This document shows, one piece after another, positions 37,501 through 48,267 of a stretch of 64,000 bases of DNA. This DNA comes from a virus, in IMG/VR virus record IMGVR_UViG_3300044681_000098, positions 9,749 through 73,748 of that record; one strand, given 5' to 3'. Numbering within the stretch: position 1 is the first letter of the stretch; every line of letters begins with the position of its first letter. Made by a program: the position numbers and the translations under genes. The notes beneath the pieces were generated by a model that was given only the letters and a program-made list of their open reading frames with translations, searched no databases and had not been told where the DNA came from.

Positions 37501-38787
37501 AATACCGTCCATCTGTTGGAAATGTCGCCAGAAGTGTTCAAAGAACTTGTCTTCAATATCAAGACAAAAGTTGCAATGGATCAATTGCGTCGTGGCGTCT
37601 ACTTACTAGAAACAGGAGATCAGTTACTTCTAGAGAATGGTGATAGACTATCGATTGGTTCAACTCAATATCCTGAGAATACCACTGAACACTATATTGC
37701 AGTAACTATGAATCCAACTAACGTAGAGTTGGACAACTTGTTGCTAGAAACTGGATACTTACTACAATCTGAAGATGGCGAGACTCCTGGTTATTCCTAC
37801 ACTGTAGAGATCGACGATACTCCTGTTAACGCAAGAGTTATCACTATGAGATCGCTTTCATACCAGATGAATAACCCAATCTTTATCGGAATGAGAACAA
37901 ATAACGGATTCCGTTTCATCTTTAACGATAAATATGATTTACCAGAGGGAACTGTTACTGATACGAGAAAGACTACAATTGCGGATCAAGAATACGATGA
38001 ATGGGACGTGTTGCTAGACTATGGATTGTTGGATGCGATCGACAATGGTGGGTCAACCAAATACTTCAGTATTGTTTGGTCTGCACCAAGAAACAAGTTT
38101 ATTCTAGATAGCCAGTCACAGCATATTTTTGCAGGAAACTTTGCTAGCGATATGACAGTTATTGGTAACAAACAAAATAAGGTTGTTAGACAGATCAGAC
38201 CATCATTCGCTTCTCTAGGATCCAGCTTCAAATTCTTAGAACAAAGAAAGTTTACTTTCCCACCATACACATACGGTTCGGCAGGATCGCTACAGGTTGT
38301 CCCTGGAACTTCATACGTGGGAACAGAATGGACTGCTACTACCCCTGTGTTGACGAAACAAGTATTCAACTATGATGGTAATGCTTATGAAGTAACAGTT
38401 GCAGGAACCACAGGTTCTTCTGCCCCTACCCATACCAGCGGATCTGTTGTTGATGGTGATGCGGAACTAACTTATATTGGTCCAGCAAAGGAAACAATTC
38501 AATATCTACCAGATGATTCTAATGGTGGATTTACTGGTGGTTGGTATCTACAATACCCAGCGCCAAACAGAGAGTATTGGAACAATGAGACCATTACGCT
38601 CGAATCAGGCGACACACTACTAACCGAAGCTGGAGGAGCGCAGTTAGTGGAAGTCTCAGAAAACTCAGGTGATGTTCAAATCAAAGATTTTGAGAATGTC
38701 ACTCTTTATGATGTAATAAATAGAAAGCATAAGAGAACAAACTATGCTGTTGGATCTTACATAGAAATTTACAAGGGTAATCCCTAA
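34600..38787 (+). CDS. gp7: baseplate wedge gp7-like protein, expanded
   Basis: QLPEFVRED, YLAKGT, SDGKW, IQDSFYYQDYSY and HPVG; lies between gp6 and gp8. Confidence 0.8.
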   Translation: MASLVKAKVSAVVSQQLPEFVREDHPQFSVFLKAYYEWLEQNYPMRELESIMSIDSTLDEYVEYFADQLMHLMPKAMVADRRLVLKHAKDLYLAKGTPGSYELLFKLMFNETPQQIYYPKRDMLRISDGKWSSNRVIRAVQIYDNNGTPTTLEGESFELVGQTIYQDAYSGLDKPASARVESIIKYYVGTALINEITISEEGILGFFEPNQLIYGTSNVTGQRVELYVLPFISKVTIDHPGKYYSPGDLLSVISGDGSGFRAEVSSIQNGSVSRVEVVTGGEGHYVGQPVVFDNTDAGYGGSSSVETATAYVSEVEYGYFMLEDTDRWAPSTNYFSTGARIVYDGSEYQVTTTGRTSDTTPPSHLYGTAYNGTVALKYVGTASGRLVSEDEYPISLERDRVYRIDEFGNYIGTDTSSDSEIIEYRSTGAVKAVKLTYGGKHYNKLPKAYTATDYISAISTPAGDDATVNVTTVLPHGLTQGDTIVLVGTVKGVADGTYVVSAVVDLYNFKYIAPSVTKLTGNLQKFGYKQYFYPIRQNANLQSSKVKLKPLSETIGAVTDIVVANFGYNYNTAVLHLPTVMQVEDTVGIFLNGETVEIQSQTFALEITGDEFLLENGQPFELENQLTSSGIVKAFDRDTNVLQLSPSDVTFRNRGRIVGQTSGASAKILDVNTGLVTPIIAGNGLTAGKFTNSDGKVSDASKRIQDSFYYQDYSYVIRIGQSVNKYRDAVKKLLHPVGLALFGEVSLINAVRALMRIMNDNKAVLTSIVDTQSRASMLAVGNWQEETYRVLYENSDVLNHLSLEGGYLERFVTEDGKDRIISEENNIFITERSDEDGRILLLENGDKFNSEEQISIFEPEHVLGETYNFFRLENDNTHTKSRNPDKRKEQWILRLEDFVPSYYDSDTLKLETAALNNDGVLADDGNDLLLEDGGRILNQIQLSKPAPSMRVLQSEMLPPVIIPEMDINTVHLLEMSPEVFKELVFNIKTKVAMDQLRRGVYLLETGDQLLLENGDRLSIGSTQYPENTTEHYIAVTMNPTNVELDNLLLETGYLLQSEDGETPGYSYTVEIDDTPVNARVITMRSLSYQMNNPIFIGMRTNNGFRFIFNDKYDLPEGTVTDTRKTTIADQEYDEWDVLLDYGLLDAIDNGGSTKYFSIVWSAPRNKFILDSQSQHIFAGNFASDMTVIGNKQNKVVRQIRPSFASLGSSFKFLEQRKFTFPPYTYGSAGSLQVVPGTSYVGTEWTATTPVLTKQVFNYDGNAYEVTVAGTTGSSAPTHTSGSVVDGDAELTYIGPAKETIQYLPDDSNGGFTGGWYLQYPAPNREYWNNETITLESGDTLLTEAGGAQLVEVSENSGDVQIKDFENVTLYDVINRKHKRTNYAVGSYIEIYKGNP

Positions 38788-38804
38788 AAGATAGGAGAAT
38801 TTAA

Positions 38805-40238
38805 GTGGCTGCTATTATCACTAACAAGTTTCGCATTCACAATGCGCAATCTTTCAAAGAAGGATTTAGTGAGGTTGCCGATACAAAGATGTATCTTGGT
38901 ATTGGACGCCCACAATCTTGGGACAACGAAAACTCACCAGATACACCATACGACACCGTAGGATCTGAGTATTACAATTGGGACGACATGCTTGCGTTAA
39001 AGCGCATTCAGTCTACCGATGTTTCTCTATCCGTCGTTCGTCGTAACTGGGTGTCAGGTAAGTATTACGACATCTATCGTCACGATTACGATGGAACAAC
39101 TACTGGCGTTAACATTGATTCTGGTGCTACAACTACACCAGCATCTTTATATGACGCTAACTTTTACGTCATCACTGACGAATATAACGTATACAAGTGC
39201 TTAAAGAACACAAGTAACGGTAACGTAGTTCAGTCTACTGTCAAACCAACAGGAACTGACTCAAACAATATTACAACTTCAGACGGCTACATCTGGAAAT
39301 ACATGTATACTGTTGCACCTGCTGACGTTCTTAAGTTTGTTTCTACTGACTTCATCCCAGTAAAAACACTAGGTTCAAACCCAGGATCTACAGATTCCTA
39401 CTATGGTCAATACCTAGTTGAACAAGCAGCAGTTGATGGTGCTATCGATCGCATCGTGATTGATGACTTTGGATCAAACTACAATAGAGCAGCTAGTGAA
39501 ATTAGCGTAACTATTATTGGTGATGGTCTTGGCGCTGAAGCTGAAGTCACAACTTCTGATGGTCAGGTTAAAGAAGTTATCGTTACCAATCGTGGAACAG
39601 GGTATACTTGGGCACGTGTTGAGATCGGTCTTCCTGATCTTGGTTCAGGTAACGCAGCTGCTACAGCTATCATTTCACCAAAGGGTGGTCATGGTAAAGA
39701 CGCTGTTGAAGAATTAGGTGGCTTCTATGTTATGATGAACGTGCGTCTTGAGTATGATGATGGCGCTGGCGACTTCCCAATTGACAACGATTATCGCCGT
39801 ATCTGCTTGATCCGTGATCCAATCAACTTTGGTGCAAGTAGCGTTGCTTCCAACGTAACTCTAATTGCAAATAGAACTATTAGCTACTCTGCTGTTAGTG
39901 GAACATTTGCTCTTGATGAAGAGTTCAAAGGAAACACAAGTGGCGCACGTGGACGTATTGTCTCGTTGAACACTGGTTCATCACCTAAGACTCTACGTTA
40001 TATCCAAACTAAAGACGATGGCGCTGGCTTAGGATCTCCTGATCCAACTATCGGTGCATTGTTCCAAAATGGAGAAACTATTGTTGGTTCAACAACAGGT
40101 GCTCAGGGAACTATTACTGGTATTGCTGATCCAGACGTTACATCTGATAGTGGTGATATTATCTACGTTGAGAATCGTCGTCCAATTAACCGTGCTGGCG
40201 ATCAAATTGAAGATATCAAAATCATTGTTGAAATGTAA
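38805..40238 (+). CDS. gp8: baseplate wedge gp8
   Basis: AIITNKFRIHNA, YNVYKCL, DGYIWKYMY, PKGGHG and IIYVENR...EDIKIIVEM. Confidence 0.9.
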   Translation: MAAIITNKFRIHNAQSFKEGFSEVADTKMYLGIGRPQSWDNENSPDTPYDTVGSEYYNWDDMLALKRIQSTDVSLSVVRRNWVSGKYYDIYRHDYDGTTTGVNIDSGATTTPASLYDANFYVITDEYNVYKCLKNTSNGNVVQSTVKPTGTDSNNITTSDGYIWKYMYTVAPADVLKFVSTDFIPVKTLGSNPGSTDSYYGQYLVEQAAVDGAIDRIVIDDFGSNYNRAASEISVTIIGDGLGAEAEVTTSDGQVKEVIVTNRGTGYTWARVEIGLPDLGSGNAAATAIISPKGGHGKDAVEELGGFYVMMNVRLEYDDGAGDFPIDNDYRRICLIRDPINFGASSVASNVTLIANRTISYSAVSGTFALDEEFKGNTSGARGRIVSLNTGSSPKTLRYIQTKDDGAGLGSPDPTIGALFQNGETIVGSTTGAQGTITGIADPDVTSDSGDIIYVENRRPINRAGDQIEDIKIIVEM

Positions 40239-40281
40239 AATAAATAATTGTTATACAACAATTTAATAAAGAGAACGAAGA

Positions 40282-43200
40282 ATGGCTATTAACTTTAACG
40301 TCGCACCGTATTATGATGATTATGCTGATGAAGATGGATACTTGAGAGTCCTGTTCCGACCTGGATATGCTATTCAGGCTCGAGAACTAACTCAGCTTCA
40401 AACTATCCTGCAGAAACAAGTAAGTCGCTTCGGTGATCACGTCTTCAAGAACGGCTCTATGGTTGTTCCTGGAGGCGTGAACGTGGACAACTTGGTCCAC
40501 TTTGCTAAACTTGACACTTTGTTCGATAACCAATCAGTTTCTTCATACATTGATTCTTTTAGAAATAAAATTATCACTGGTGTTGAATCTGGTGTTAAGG
40601 CACTTGTTATCGACACAAGCAACTGTGAGTGTATGGTTCCAGAAGATGGCGATACTCCAACTCTTTATTTCAAGATTGAACAGACAGGTGGCGATGGAGA
40701 AACCAAGAGATTTATTCCTGGTGAATCTATTGTTGCCTATGAAGATGACAACTCAACTACAACAAACTATCGTTTAACCGAAGATCAAGTCGGAGACATC
40801 TACGTCAACGTCAGATCTTTCGGTGACGGTGGTGTCCCTGCTACATCATATACTAAGAATCCAGTAAGCGACGTTCTGGGTTACTCATATGCTGTTGAAG
40901 TAGAACAGGGTGTTTACTACATTGACGGATTCTTTGTTCAGAACGAAGAACTTCACTTATATGTTGGTCGTTTCCAACAAAACCCAACATGTAGGGTTGG
41001 CTTCAAAGTTGAAGAACAAATCATCACACCTGAAGAAGAGCCAGCATTATCGGATAATGCTCAGGGCACAACTAACTATGCTGCTCCAGGTGCTCACCGT
41101 TACAAGATTAACCTTTCTCTAGTTAGACTACCACTAGATTCAACTGACGACATTAAGTTCATCGAACTCGTTCGTATCGTTGATGGTCGTATTCAATCTA
41201 AACTCGAGAAATCATCATATGCTGAACTAGAGAAGACACTTGCTCGTAGAACCTTCGATGAGTCAGGCAACTACGAAGTTAACAAGTTTAAGCTAACAAC
41301 TAGAGAGCATTTGAACTATGATGGTGGAGGTGTTTACCCACCAGTCCCTACAGATTCAGCTTTAATTGATGGTCAAACATATGGAGACATCGACAAATTT
41401 GTTGTTGCTGTTTCTCCAGGTAAAGCATACGTCCAAGGTTTTGAAATTGAATCAACTGCTACTCAGTTTATCCCTATCGACAAGGCTAGAGAAAATTCAG
41501 TAACAGGAGATGAAGGTGGTCACATCATTCGTGAAGATGACTATCCAATCCAAACACCTATTGGAAACTACGTTATTGTAGATAATGTGTTTAATTTCCC
41601 AGAAAGCACATTCCCTACTGTCAATCTATATTCAGTATCAAGAAAACCACCAAACGGAACTACGATAACTGATGGTGTTGCTCCAGATAGCACTACTAAG
41701 GTTGGTACTGCTAGAGTTAAATCATTCCAATTACATTCTGGAACATACAACGGAGATGCGTCTCAGTTCAAACTCGCATTGTTTGATGTTCAGATGAGCA
41801 CCAATAATACTACTGGTCTCAAGTATGTCTTTTCAGATACTGTAAAATCAGTTGCTTTGGATTCGAATGATAGCAACATATTTACTGCTGATATTGTTAC
41901 AACTGAACTTGGGATTATCGGTTCTGCTGATGTCTCAAATGCTTCTGATTCTGTAACAGGTATTGGTACTTTGTTCCAAGACCAAGTGTCAGTTGGTGAT
42001 GTTCTTTACATTGACGGAAATAAAGTTGGTGTTGTTGCAAGCATTGAATCAAACGTAGCCCTAACTTTAGAAAACGCTGCTGATGATACATATTCAGGTA
42101 TTGTTGGCGTTGCAAGAGCAATCATTGAAGACCAGAGATATGAATCTTTAATCTTCAAATCAGAATTCAAACCTCTCAAGACATTGAGAGGTGTAGACGC
42201 TAACGGTAACGACACAGTTGACTCTTCTGTATTAACAGTTAGACGTCAGATTACAAACACGTCAGATAGCCAAGGTGGCTTGTGGTCTTACCAGTTGACT
42301 TCATCTTTTGAAGCATTCCAGTCAACCCAAGATTTATCTAACTATACTTTATTCTATACCCACCCACTAACTGGATCTAGACGTTTCGTTGAGATTACTT
42401 CTAGCCAATTATCTCTGTCTACCAACAACAGAGAAATTACAATCACCAACCCTAACATTATTGCTTCTCAAGAATATACTCTCCTTGCTAGCGTTGAGCA
42501 AAGAAAAGCGACAGCTAAAGAAAGAATTAAGACTCTCAACACAGATGAGCAGTATACAATTACTAGCAAGAAGTCTGTTACAGAGAAAACCATTCTGCTA
42601 CCTCATGCTGACGTACTGAGAATCAAAGACATTAGAGTAAATCCAGGAAACTTTGATTCTTATGTTGAGTTAAATTCTGTTAGCGTGTTGAACAAGTATT
42701 CATTTGACAATGGTCAAAGATCTACACATTACCAGAAAGCAAGTATTAGTCTGTTGCCTAACGTATCCCCTCCATCTGGGGCTATTAAAGTCATTTACGA
42801 TTACTTCTCTTACAGTGGTAACGGTAACTATTTCTCTGTTGATTCATACACTGCTACCATCGACGATGACACCAATGACTTCACATATTCTGATATTCCA
42901 TCGTTCTCTGTTAGAGGTAGTGATGGTGTAACTGAAACATTATATCTGCATGATGTTATTGACTTTAGACCAGTTGTCGAGGGGTTGAACACATTCACCC
43001 CAGACATTCCAAAAGTTGGTTCTTCTTTTAGCACAAGCATTGCATACTACTTACCACGTTTTGATAAGATTAGCTTGGATTCTATTGGTAGATTTGTAGT
43101 AACAAAAGGAATTCCTGATCTAGATCCCAAAGAACCAAAGGATCCTACTGAGGGAATGGTAATGGCTACCATTTATGTTCCTGCGTATACAAAGAACGTA

Positions 43201-46200
43201 AGCGACATCAGAGTGTTCCAGCGTGACAACAAACGCTACACAATGAAAGAGATTGGTAACCTAGAGAAGCGTATTCAGAACTTAGAATACTATGTTTCTC
43301 TAACACTACTAGAGCAAGAAACTGCGTCATTGCAAATTAAGGACGCACAAACAGGTCTAGACAGATTCAAGAACGGATTCATTGTTGACCAGTTCACAGG
43401 ACATGGCGTAGGTGATGTTCAGAATATTGATTATAGAATCGCTGTTGATTCTGAGCGTAATGAACTACGCCCAATGCACTTTACTGATGCGTTAGATATC
43501 GTTGAAGATGTAAACTCATCAGATGAACGTCTTGCCACAAATTACAAAAAGTCTGGTGATATTATTACCCTACCATATACAGAAAACCTGTATATGTTTA
43601 ACCCTAACGGCACTAGAACTATTGACGTTAACCCATACAAGATTGGTGCGTTCAAAGGTGAGATTGTTCTAAACCCAGAAGGCGATAACTGGAAAGACAC
43701 AGATCGTCGTCCAGACTTACAAGTTACAGATGACAACAACTTTGATGCTATTAAATTCTTAGCTGATGAGTTGGGTGTCACAGGAACTGTTTGGAACGAA
43801 TGGCAAACAACTTGGACTGGTTCTTCAACAACTACTAGAACTTGGCAAACTGGTGACCCAACTCGTCGTCGTCAGATTGTTACTGGTTACCAGCAAACCA
43901 CTAGAGTTGATACTGGTGTACAATCTAGAACTGGTATTAGAACTTCGGTTCAGTCTTCAGTGAACACAGAAGATTATGGTGATAGAGTTGTTGACGTTTC
44001 TTTTGCTCCATATATGAGAGCAAGACCAGTCACCTTTGTCGCAAAGAACTTGAAAGCTAATACAAGATACTACTCTTTCTTCGACAAGCAAGCAGTTTCA
44101 TCTTACGTAACACCAGCTGACGTATTTAAGGTTACTCGTGCTGCTGGAACTACGTTCATGACATTTGACCCTGCTGAACTTTCTGACAGAGTTATTGTTG
44201 GCGATACGGAAAGAACCGTAGAAGGTGCTGCAGAACCAGCGTTCCAAATCGGTGAAGTGTTGAGACAGGGTGTTCATACTCCTTGCACAATTCAATCCAT
44301 CGCAAATATTACTGCTGATGCTGGCGCAGGTAACTTCACTGTTACTGTTGACACTGTAGCGAACTTGGCTGTTGGTCACCAAGTTAGACTGTACAACATG
44401 GCTCCAGTTAGAGTCGTTCCTGCTGTTAGAACCAGAAGACCAAATGGTAGTTACCAGACACAAGCTAGTATGACTGTTCCTCTTGGATCAACATCTAGAC
44501 AGTTGAACAACAGAAGATTCGTAATCACAGCAATCAATGGAACTACTTTAACATTAGCTAATATCAATGGTGGTGTTATTGGTAAGTTTGACGCATACTC
44601 AAGAACTGGAGCATATGCTGGATCTGATGGCGCTAAACTTGTTAGGGTTCGTGCTTCTGCTGTTGTTGCGTTTGCTGGCGTAGTAGACGATGAGGATTCA
44701 AACGGTCCAGTTGTTCAAGACGTCCATGTAGTTAACATAAAAGGTGGATTCGCAATTGGAGAAACCTTAGTTGGTAAGATTGTATTTAATAATGCTGCTA
44801 GAAATACAGTAACGCTAACTGCCATTAATGGAAACTCTACAGTTGGCACATTACCAGTTTACAAACAAATCGGCGATGCCGTAAGATCTGATACATGGGG
44901 TTCTTGTGTTGGTGTGTTCAACATCCCTAACGACGACACTCTGAGATTCAGAACTGGTGAACGTGAGTTCAAACTGACAGACAACATCTCCAATAGTGAT
45001 GCTGATTTTGACTCTAAGGGAACTGTGCTGTATTATTCACAAGGTGTTACACTTTCTAAAGAAAGAACAATTGTCAATAGCAGACAGGCGAACTTCGTTC
45101 AAGACAGATTGTATGAATCAATTCCAGTAAGACGTGTTTCTACCTCTACTAGACAGTTGTATTCTTACTATACAGGTCACGACCCAGTCGCTCAGACATT
45201 TACTGTCCAATCTGAAGGTGGTGTCTTTATTACTGGCGTCGATCTATATTTCTCTGAAGCTGGAAACAGACCAACTACTGTTGAATTTAGAAACACAAAC
45301 AATGGTGTTCCTTCTTCTAAGATTATGCCATTCACAACTGTGACTAAGACTCCACAGCAGATCAATGTGTCTGATGATGGCTCTGTTGCAACAAGATTCA
45401 CTTTCGCTTCGCCAGTGTATCTACTAGACAACGAAACTTATGCGTTGGTTGTTAAGACTGACGAACCTGGAGCGCAGGTTTGGGTTTCCGAAGTCGGTCA
45501 AACAGATATCTTGACAGGCAACATTGTTACTTCCCAGCCACTAACTGGTTCGTTGTATCTATCACAGAACAGTAAAGAATTTGAGATTAATCCACTTCTA
45601 GACATGAAGTTTAGAATGTATGCAGCTGAGTTTGATACTACTCAAATTGCAACAGTTAACTTGAAGGCTGAACACGCTAGAAACATCAACTTGCCAGCTA
45701 ACCCATTCCAGATTAGTCAAGGAACTGACATCGTTAGGGTTCGTGCACCAAGACACGGTTTCCAAGCAGGTGATTATGCTTACATCTCAGGTGTAGAGGA
45801 ATTCCTTGATCCAGATACGCAAGAGTTGAAGCGTTATGGTACTGCAAGTAGCGAATATGGTATTCCTGCTTCATTATTAACTGGTCCAGTTCAAGTTATT
45901 GCTGAGGGTTTGGACATCGATTACTTCTGTTTTGTTCTTGACACCACTGATGACTTTATTGATCCAGATACTGGATTGAGCAGACCAATTCGACTGATAA
46001 GCAACGCTGCTGGAACAGAAAACGAATACAATTCGTTAACAAGCAGCTATACCGTAACTGTTCAACAGATTCTTGATGAGTTCGTTAACGGTAACTACGG
46101 TGGCACTGGTGTTATTTGCTCTAGACAGTTGTTACTCGATACTCTATTCTTGAAGAGCGATAGCGTTGTTCCAACAGGAACACGTTTGGAGTGGTCTGTT

Positions 46201-48009
46201 CAGGCAACTAACGAAGATAACTCTACTACTGGTTACAAGAACATTTCTGAGAATACAAACTTCTCGTTCGGCACCAGAAAAGTTATTCGCTCATATGAAA
46301 ACGAAGCGATCATTTCCGCAGCATCTGGAGTTGTGAGACCATCGTTGTCAATCAGAGCTAAATTGTATTCTGATAACAAGAATGTATCTCCAGTTCTTGA
46401 TTTGGCTAAGTTGTCTTCTTATGTTGTTCGCAACCTTGTTGACAATCCTACTGAAGAACTTGTCAACATTAATGGCGTTGATGACACAACATTGCTGGCA
46501 GAAGGTTCTGTAACAGCAGCAGATATCGGAACACAAAACGGAACAGGAACTGTTGTCTCTTATTACCTAACCAACGTGTTCGGTACTGATGTGACATTGA
46601 GTGAGTTCACTTCATCAGGAAGCGATTGGTCGATCACAAACTCCGATCCAAGTGCATATAACTGGTTGGGTACTGGTACTTCTCAAACATCAACACCATG
46701 GAAATACTTGTCTGTTGGTGATGAGTTGTACTCAACTTCTGCTACTGAGGCTCTTGAGTCTGCAGAGAAATATGGTAGAGTTAAGTCTATTAATGCTTCG
46801 ACTCTAGTGTTGGAAAATTCCAACAAGCAAGTCACTGCAGGAAACTTCCCTCAATTCAAGGTTCTATCTAAAGTTATCCGTGGCGTTGGAACTGACTTCT
46901 CTAGAGAGATTCCAGCAGGAAGTGCTGTCAACGGAGCGAATGGAACTTTTGTAGGTATCGTGAACAGCGTTCAGTCTGCGACAAAAGCTACTCTATTAAG
47001 TTTCGCAGAATATGCAAACATTGATGGTTCAGGTGTTGGTCTATCGTTCCAAACTGAAACTAAGGAAGGTAAGTTGACATTTGGTAATACTGAAGATGGT
47101 GTTTATGGTTTAATTTCTACCAATATCGATACAGCAGACAACTTACTTGCATTAGCTAAAGCAGGTAAATATCTGTTGCTTGAAGGATTTAACGCTGTAT
47201 TGAATGGTAAGTATCTGGTGCATAATGTTGATGTTAGCAGCGATATCAGCGTATATGTTGGTAATGCTGATGATGATAAAGTTGTTATCAAAGTAACCCC
47301 TGCGTTCAGTATTGCCTCTGGTAAAACTTGGACTCTAGATTTGGTAAATGACTATATCTACTTCCAAGGAGAGGGTTTTGTTACTGATGCAGCTGGAACA
47401 GGCAAGACTGTTACATTCTCTGGTGCATCCTTAGCGACCCAAGCAGCTGCTGGCGATATTATCACTCTAAAATCTAGCGGAGTAGGTTCGTTTGAAGGCG
47501 ATGATTCTCAGATTGGAGTTGTTGATGTTATCAATACTGCAAACACTCTAACTCTTGTAGACAATGCCGAGGAAGCGATTGCAACTCCGACTGTTTACTA
47601 TATCAGAAAGAATGCAGCAAATTACAGAATCGCTCAACTTGATAAATTCGTTGAAGACTGGGCACCAGTAGGCGCAACCAACTACGCCAACTATGTAACA
47701 AGACCGTTGGTTCTTTCGTCACCTGCTGACTCATTGAAGATCTTGTTTGACGCAAGCGTTCCAGTCGGAACAGTTATCAAGATTTACTATAAGACTTGGG
47801 ATGGTGCAGACGATCCTGCTACTCTAAACTATGTTGATAGCGGATTCGCTACAAGCACTTCTGACCCAGAAGATACGTTTAGCGAGCGTTCTTTAGATAT
47901 CACTGATATTGCTCCATTTAAGAATGCTGTTGTTAAGATTGTTATGAAGGCAGATAACCCAGCTATCGTTCCTAAAGTTAAGAATCTAAGGATTGTTACT
48001 CACTCATGA
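40282..48009 (+). CDS. very large virion structural protein (VrlC/DUF4815-like)
   Basis: NVAPYYDD, RVLFRPGYAIQARELTQLQ, APGAHR, LARRTFDESGNY, DRFKNGFIVD and DPVAQTF. Confidence 0.8.
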   Translation: MAINFNVAPYYDDYADEDGYLRVLFRPGYAIQARELTQLQTILQKQVSRFGDHVFKNGSMVVPGGVNVDNLVHFAKLDTLFDNQSVSSYIDSFRNKIITGVESGVKALVIDTSNCECMVPEDGDTPTLYFKIEQTGGDGETKRFIPGESIVAYEDDNSTTTNYRLTEDQVGDIYVNVRSFGDGGVPATSYTKNPVSDVLGYSYAVEVEQGVYYIDGFFVQNEELHLYVGRFQQNPTCRVGFKVEEQIITPEEEPALSDNAQGTTNYAAPGAHRYKINLSLVRLPLDSTDDIKFIELVRIVDGRIQSKLEKSSYAELEKTLARRTFDESGNYEVNKFKLTTREHLNYDGGGVYPPVPTDSALIDGQTYGDIDKFVVAVSPGKAYVQGFEIESTATQFIPIDKARENSVTGDEGGHIIREDDYPIQTPIGNYVIVDNVFNFPESTFPTVNLYSVSRKPPNGTTITDGVAPDSTTKVGTARVKSFQLHSGTYNGDASQFKLALFDVQMSTNNTTGLKYVFSDTVKSVALDSNDSNIFTADIVTTELGIIGSADVSNASDSVTGIGTLFQDQVSVGDVLYIDGNKVGVVASIESNVALTLENAADDTYSGIVGVARAIIEDQRYESLIFKSEFKPLKTLRGVDANGNDTVDSSVLTVRRQITNTSDSQGGLWSYQLTSSFEAFQSTQDLSNYTLFYTHPLTGSRRFVEITSSQLSLSTNNREITITNPNIIASQEYTLLASVEQRKATAKERIKTLNTDEQYTITSKKSVTEKTILLPHADVLRIKDIRVNPGNFDSYVELNSVSVLNKYSFDNGQRSTHYQKASISLLPNVSPPSGAIKVIYDYFSYSGNGNYFSVDSYTATIDDDTNDFTYSDIPSFSVRGSDGVTETLYLHDVIDFRPVVEGLNTFTPDIPKVGSSFSTSIAYYLPRFDKISLDSIGRFVVTKGIPDLDPKEPKDPTEGMVMATIYVPAYTKNVSDIRVFQRDNKRYTMKEIGNLEKRIQNLEYYVSLTLLEQETASLQIKDAQTGLDRFKNGFIVDQFTGHGVGDVQNIDYRIAVDSERNELRPMHFTDALDIVEDVNSSDERLATNYKKSGDIITLPYTENLYMFNPNGTRTIDVNPYKIGAFKGEIVLNPEGDNWKDTDRRPDLQVTDDNNFDAIKFLADELGVTGTVWNEWQTTWTGSSTTTRTWQTGDPTRRRQIVTGYQQTTRVDTGVQSRTGIRTSVQSSVNTEDYGDRVVDVSFAPYMRARPVTFVAKNLKANTRYYSFFDKQAVSSYVTPADVFKVTRAAGTTFMTFDPAELSDRVIVGDTERTVEGAAEPAFQIGEVLRQGVHTPCTIQSIANITADAGAGNFTVTVDTVANLAVGHQVRLYNMAPVRVVPAVRTRRPNGSYQTQASMTVPLGSTSRQLNNRRFVITAINGTTLTLANINGGVIGKFDAYSRTGAYAGSDGAKLVRVRASAVVAFAGVVDDEDSNGPVVQDVHVVNIKGGFAIGETLVGKIVFNNAARNTVTLTAINGNSTVGTLPVYKQIGDAVRSDTWGSCVGVFNIPNDDTLRFRTGEREFKLTDNISNSDADFDSKGTVLYYSQGVTLSKERTIVNSRQANFVQDRLYESIPVRRVSTSTRQLYSYYTGHDPVAQTFTVQSEGGVFITGVDLYFSEAGNRPTTVEFRNTNNGVPSSKIMPFTTVTKTPQQINVSDDGSVATRFTFASPVYLLDNETYALVVKTDEPGAQVWVSEVGQTDILTGNIVTSQPLTGSLYLSQNSKEFEINPLLDMKFRMYAAEFDTTQIATVNLKAEHARNINLPANPFQISQGTDIVRVRAPRHGFQAGDYAYISGVEEFLDPDTQELKRYGTASSEYGIPASLLTGPVQVIAEGLDIDYFCFVLDTTDDFIDPDTGLSRPIRLISNAAGTENEYNSLTSSYTVTVQQILDEFVNGNYGGTGVICSRQLLLDTLFLKSDSVVPTGTRLEWSVQATNEDNSTTGYKNISENTNFSFGTRKVIRSYENEAIISAASGVVRPSLSIRAKLYSDNKNVSPVLDLAKLSSYVVRNLVDNPTEELVNINGVDDTTLLAEGSVTAADIGTQNGTGTVVSYYLTNVFGTDVTLSEFTSSGSDWSITNSDPSAYNWLGTGTSQTSTPWKYLSVGDELYSTSATEALESAEKYGRVKSINASTLVLENSNKQVTAGNFPQFKVLSKVIRGVGTDFSREIPAGSAVNGANGTFVGIVNSVQSATKATLLSFAEYANIDGSGVGLSFQTETKEGKLTFGNTEDGVYGLISTNIDTADNLLALAKAGKYLLLEGFNAVLNGKYLVHNVDVSSDISVYVGNADDDKVVIKVTPAFSIASGKTWTLDLVNDYIYFQGEGFVTDAAGTGKTVTFSGASLATQAAAGDIITLKSSGVGSFEGDDSQIGVVDVINTANTLTLVDNAEEAIATPTVYYIRKNAANYRIAQLDKFVEDWAPVGATNYANYVTRPLVLSSPADSLKILFDASVPVGTVIKIYYKTWDGADDPATLNYVDSGFATSTSDPEDTFSERSLDITDIAPFKNAVVKIVMKADNPAIVPKVKNLRIVTHS

Positions 48010-48266
48010 TCGATTCTCCAAACTTTGTTAAGGTTCAGAACAGCCCAGGACTTGTTAAAGACAAAAGAACTGGTGCTGTTCTGAATGTAGATGTTGACAA
48101 GTATCGTCAGCACAAGCAGCTTCAAGCAATCACTAAAAAGAATCTTTCAGAGAAGAGTCAAATGAGTTCGCAAATTAACTCTTTGAATTCAGAGATAAAT
48201 AATATAAAGAACGACATCAACGAGATTAAAGACTTGTTGCAGATTCTAATTAAAGATAGGAATTAA
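48006..48266 (+). CDS. small coiled-coil hypothetical protein
   Basis: LVKDKRTGAVLN then heptads. Confidence 0.7.
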   Translation: MIDSPNFVKVQNSPGLVKDKRTGAVLNVDVDKYRQHKQLQAITKKNLSEKSQMSSQINSLNSEINNIKNDINEIKDLLQILIKDRN

Positions 48267-48267
48267 T

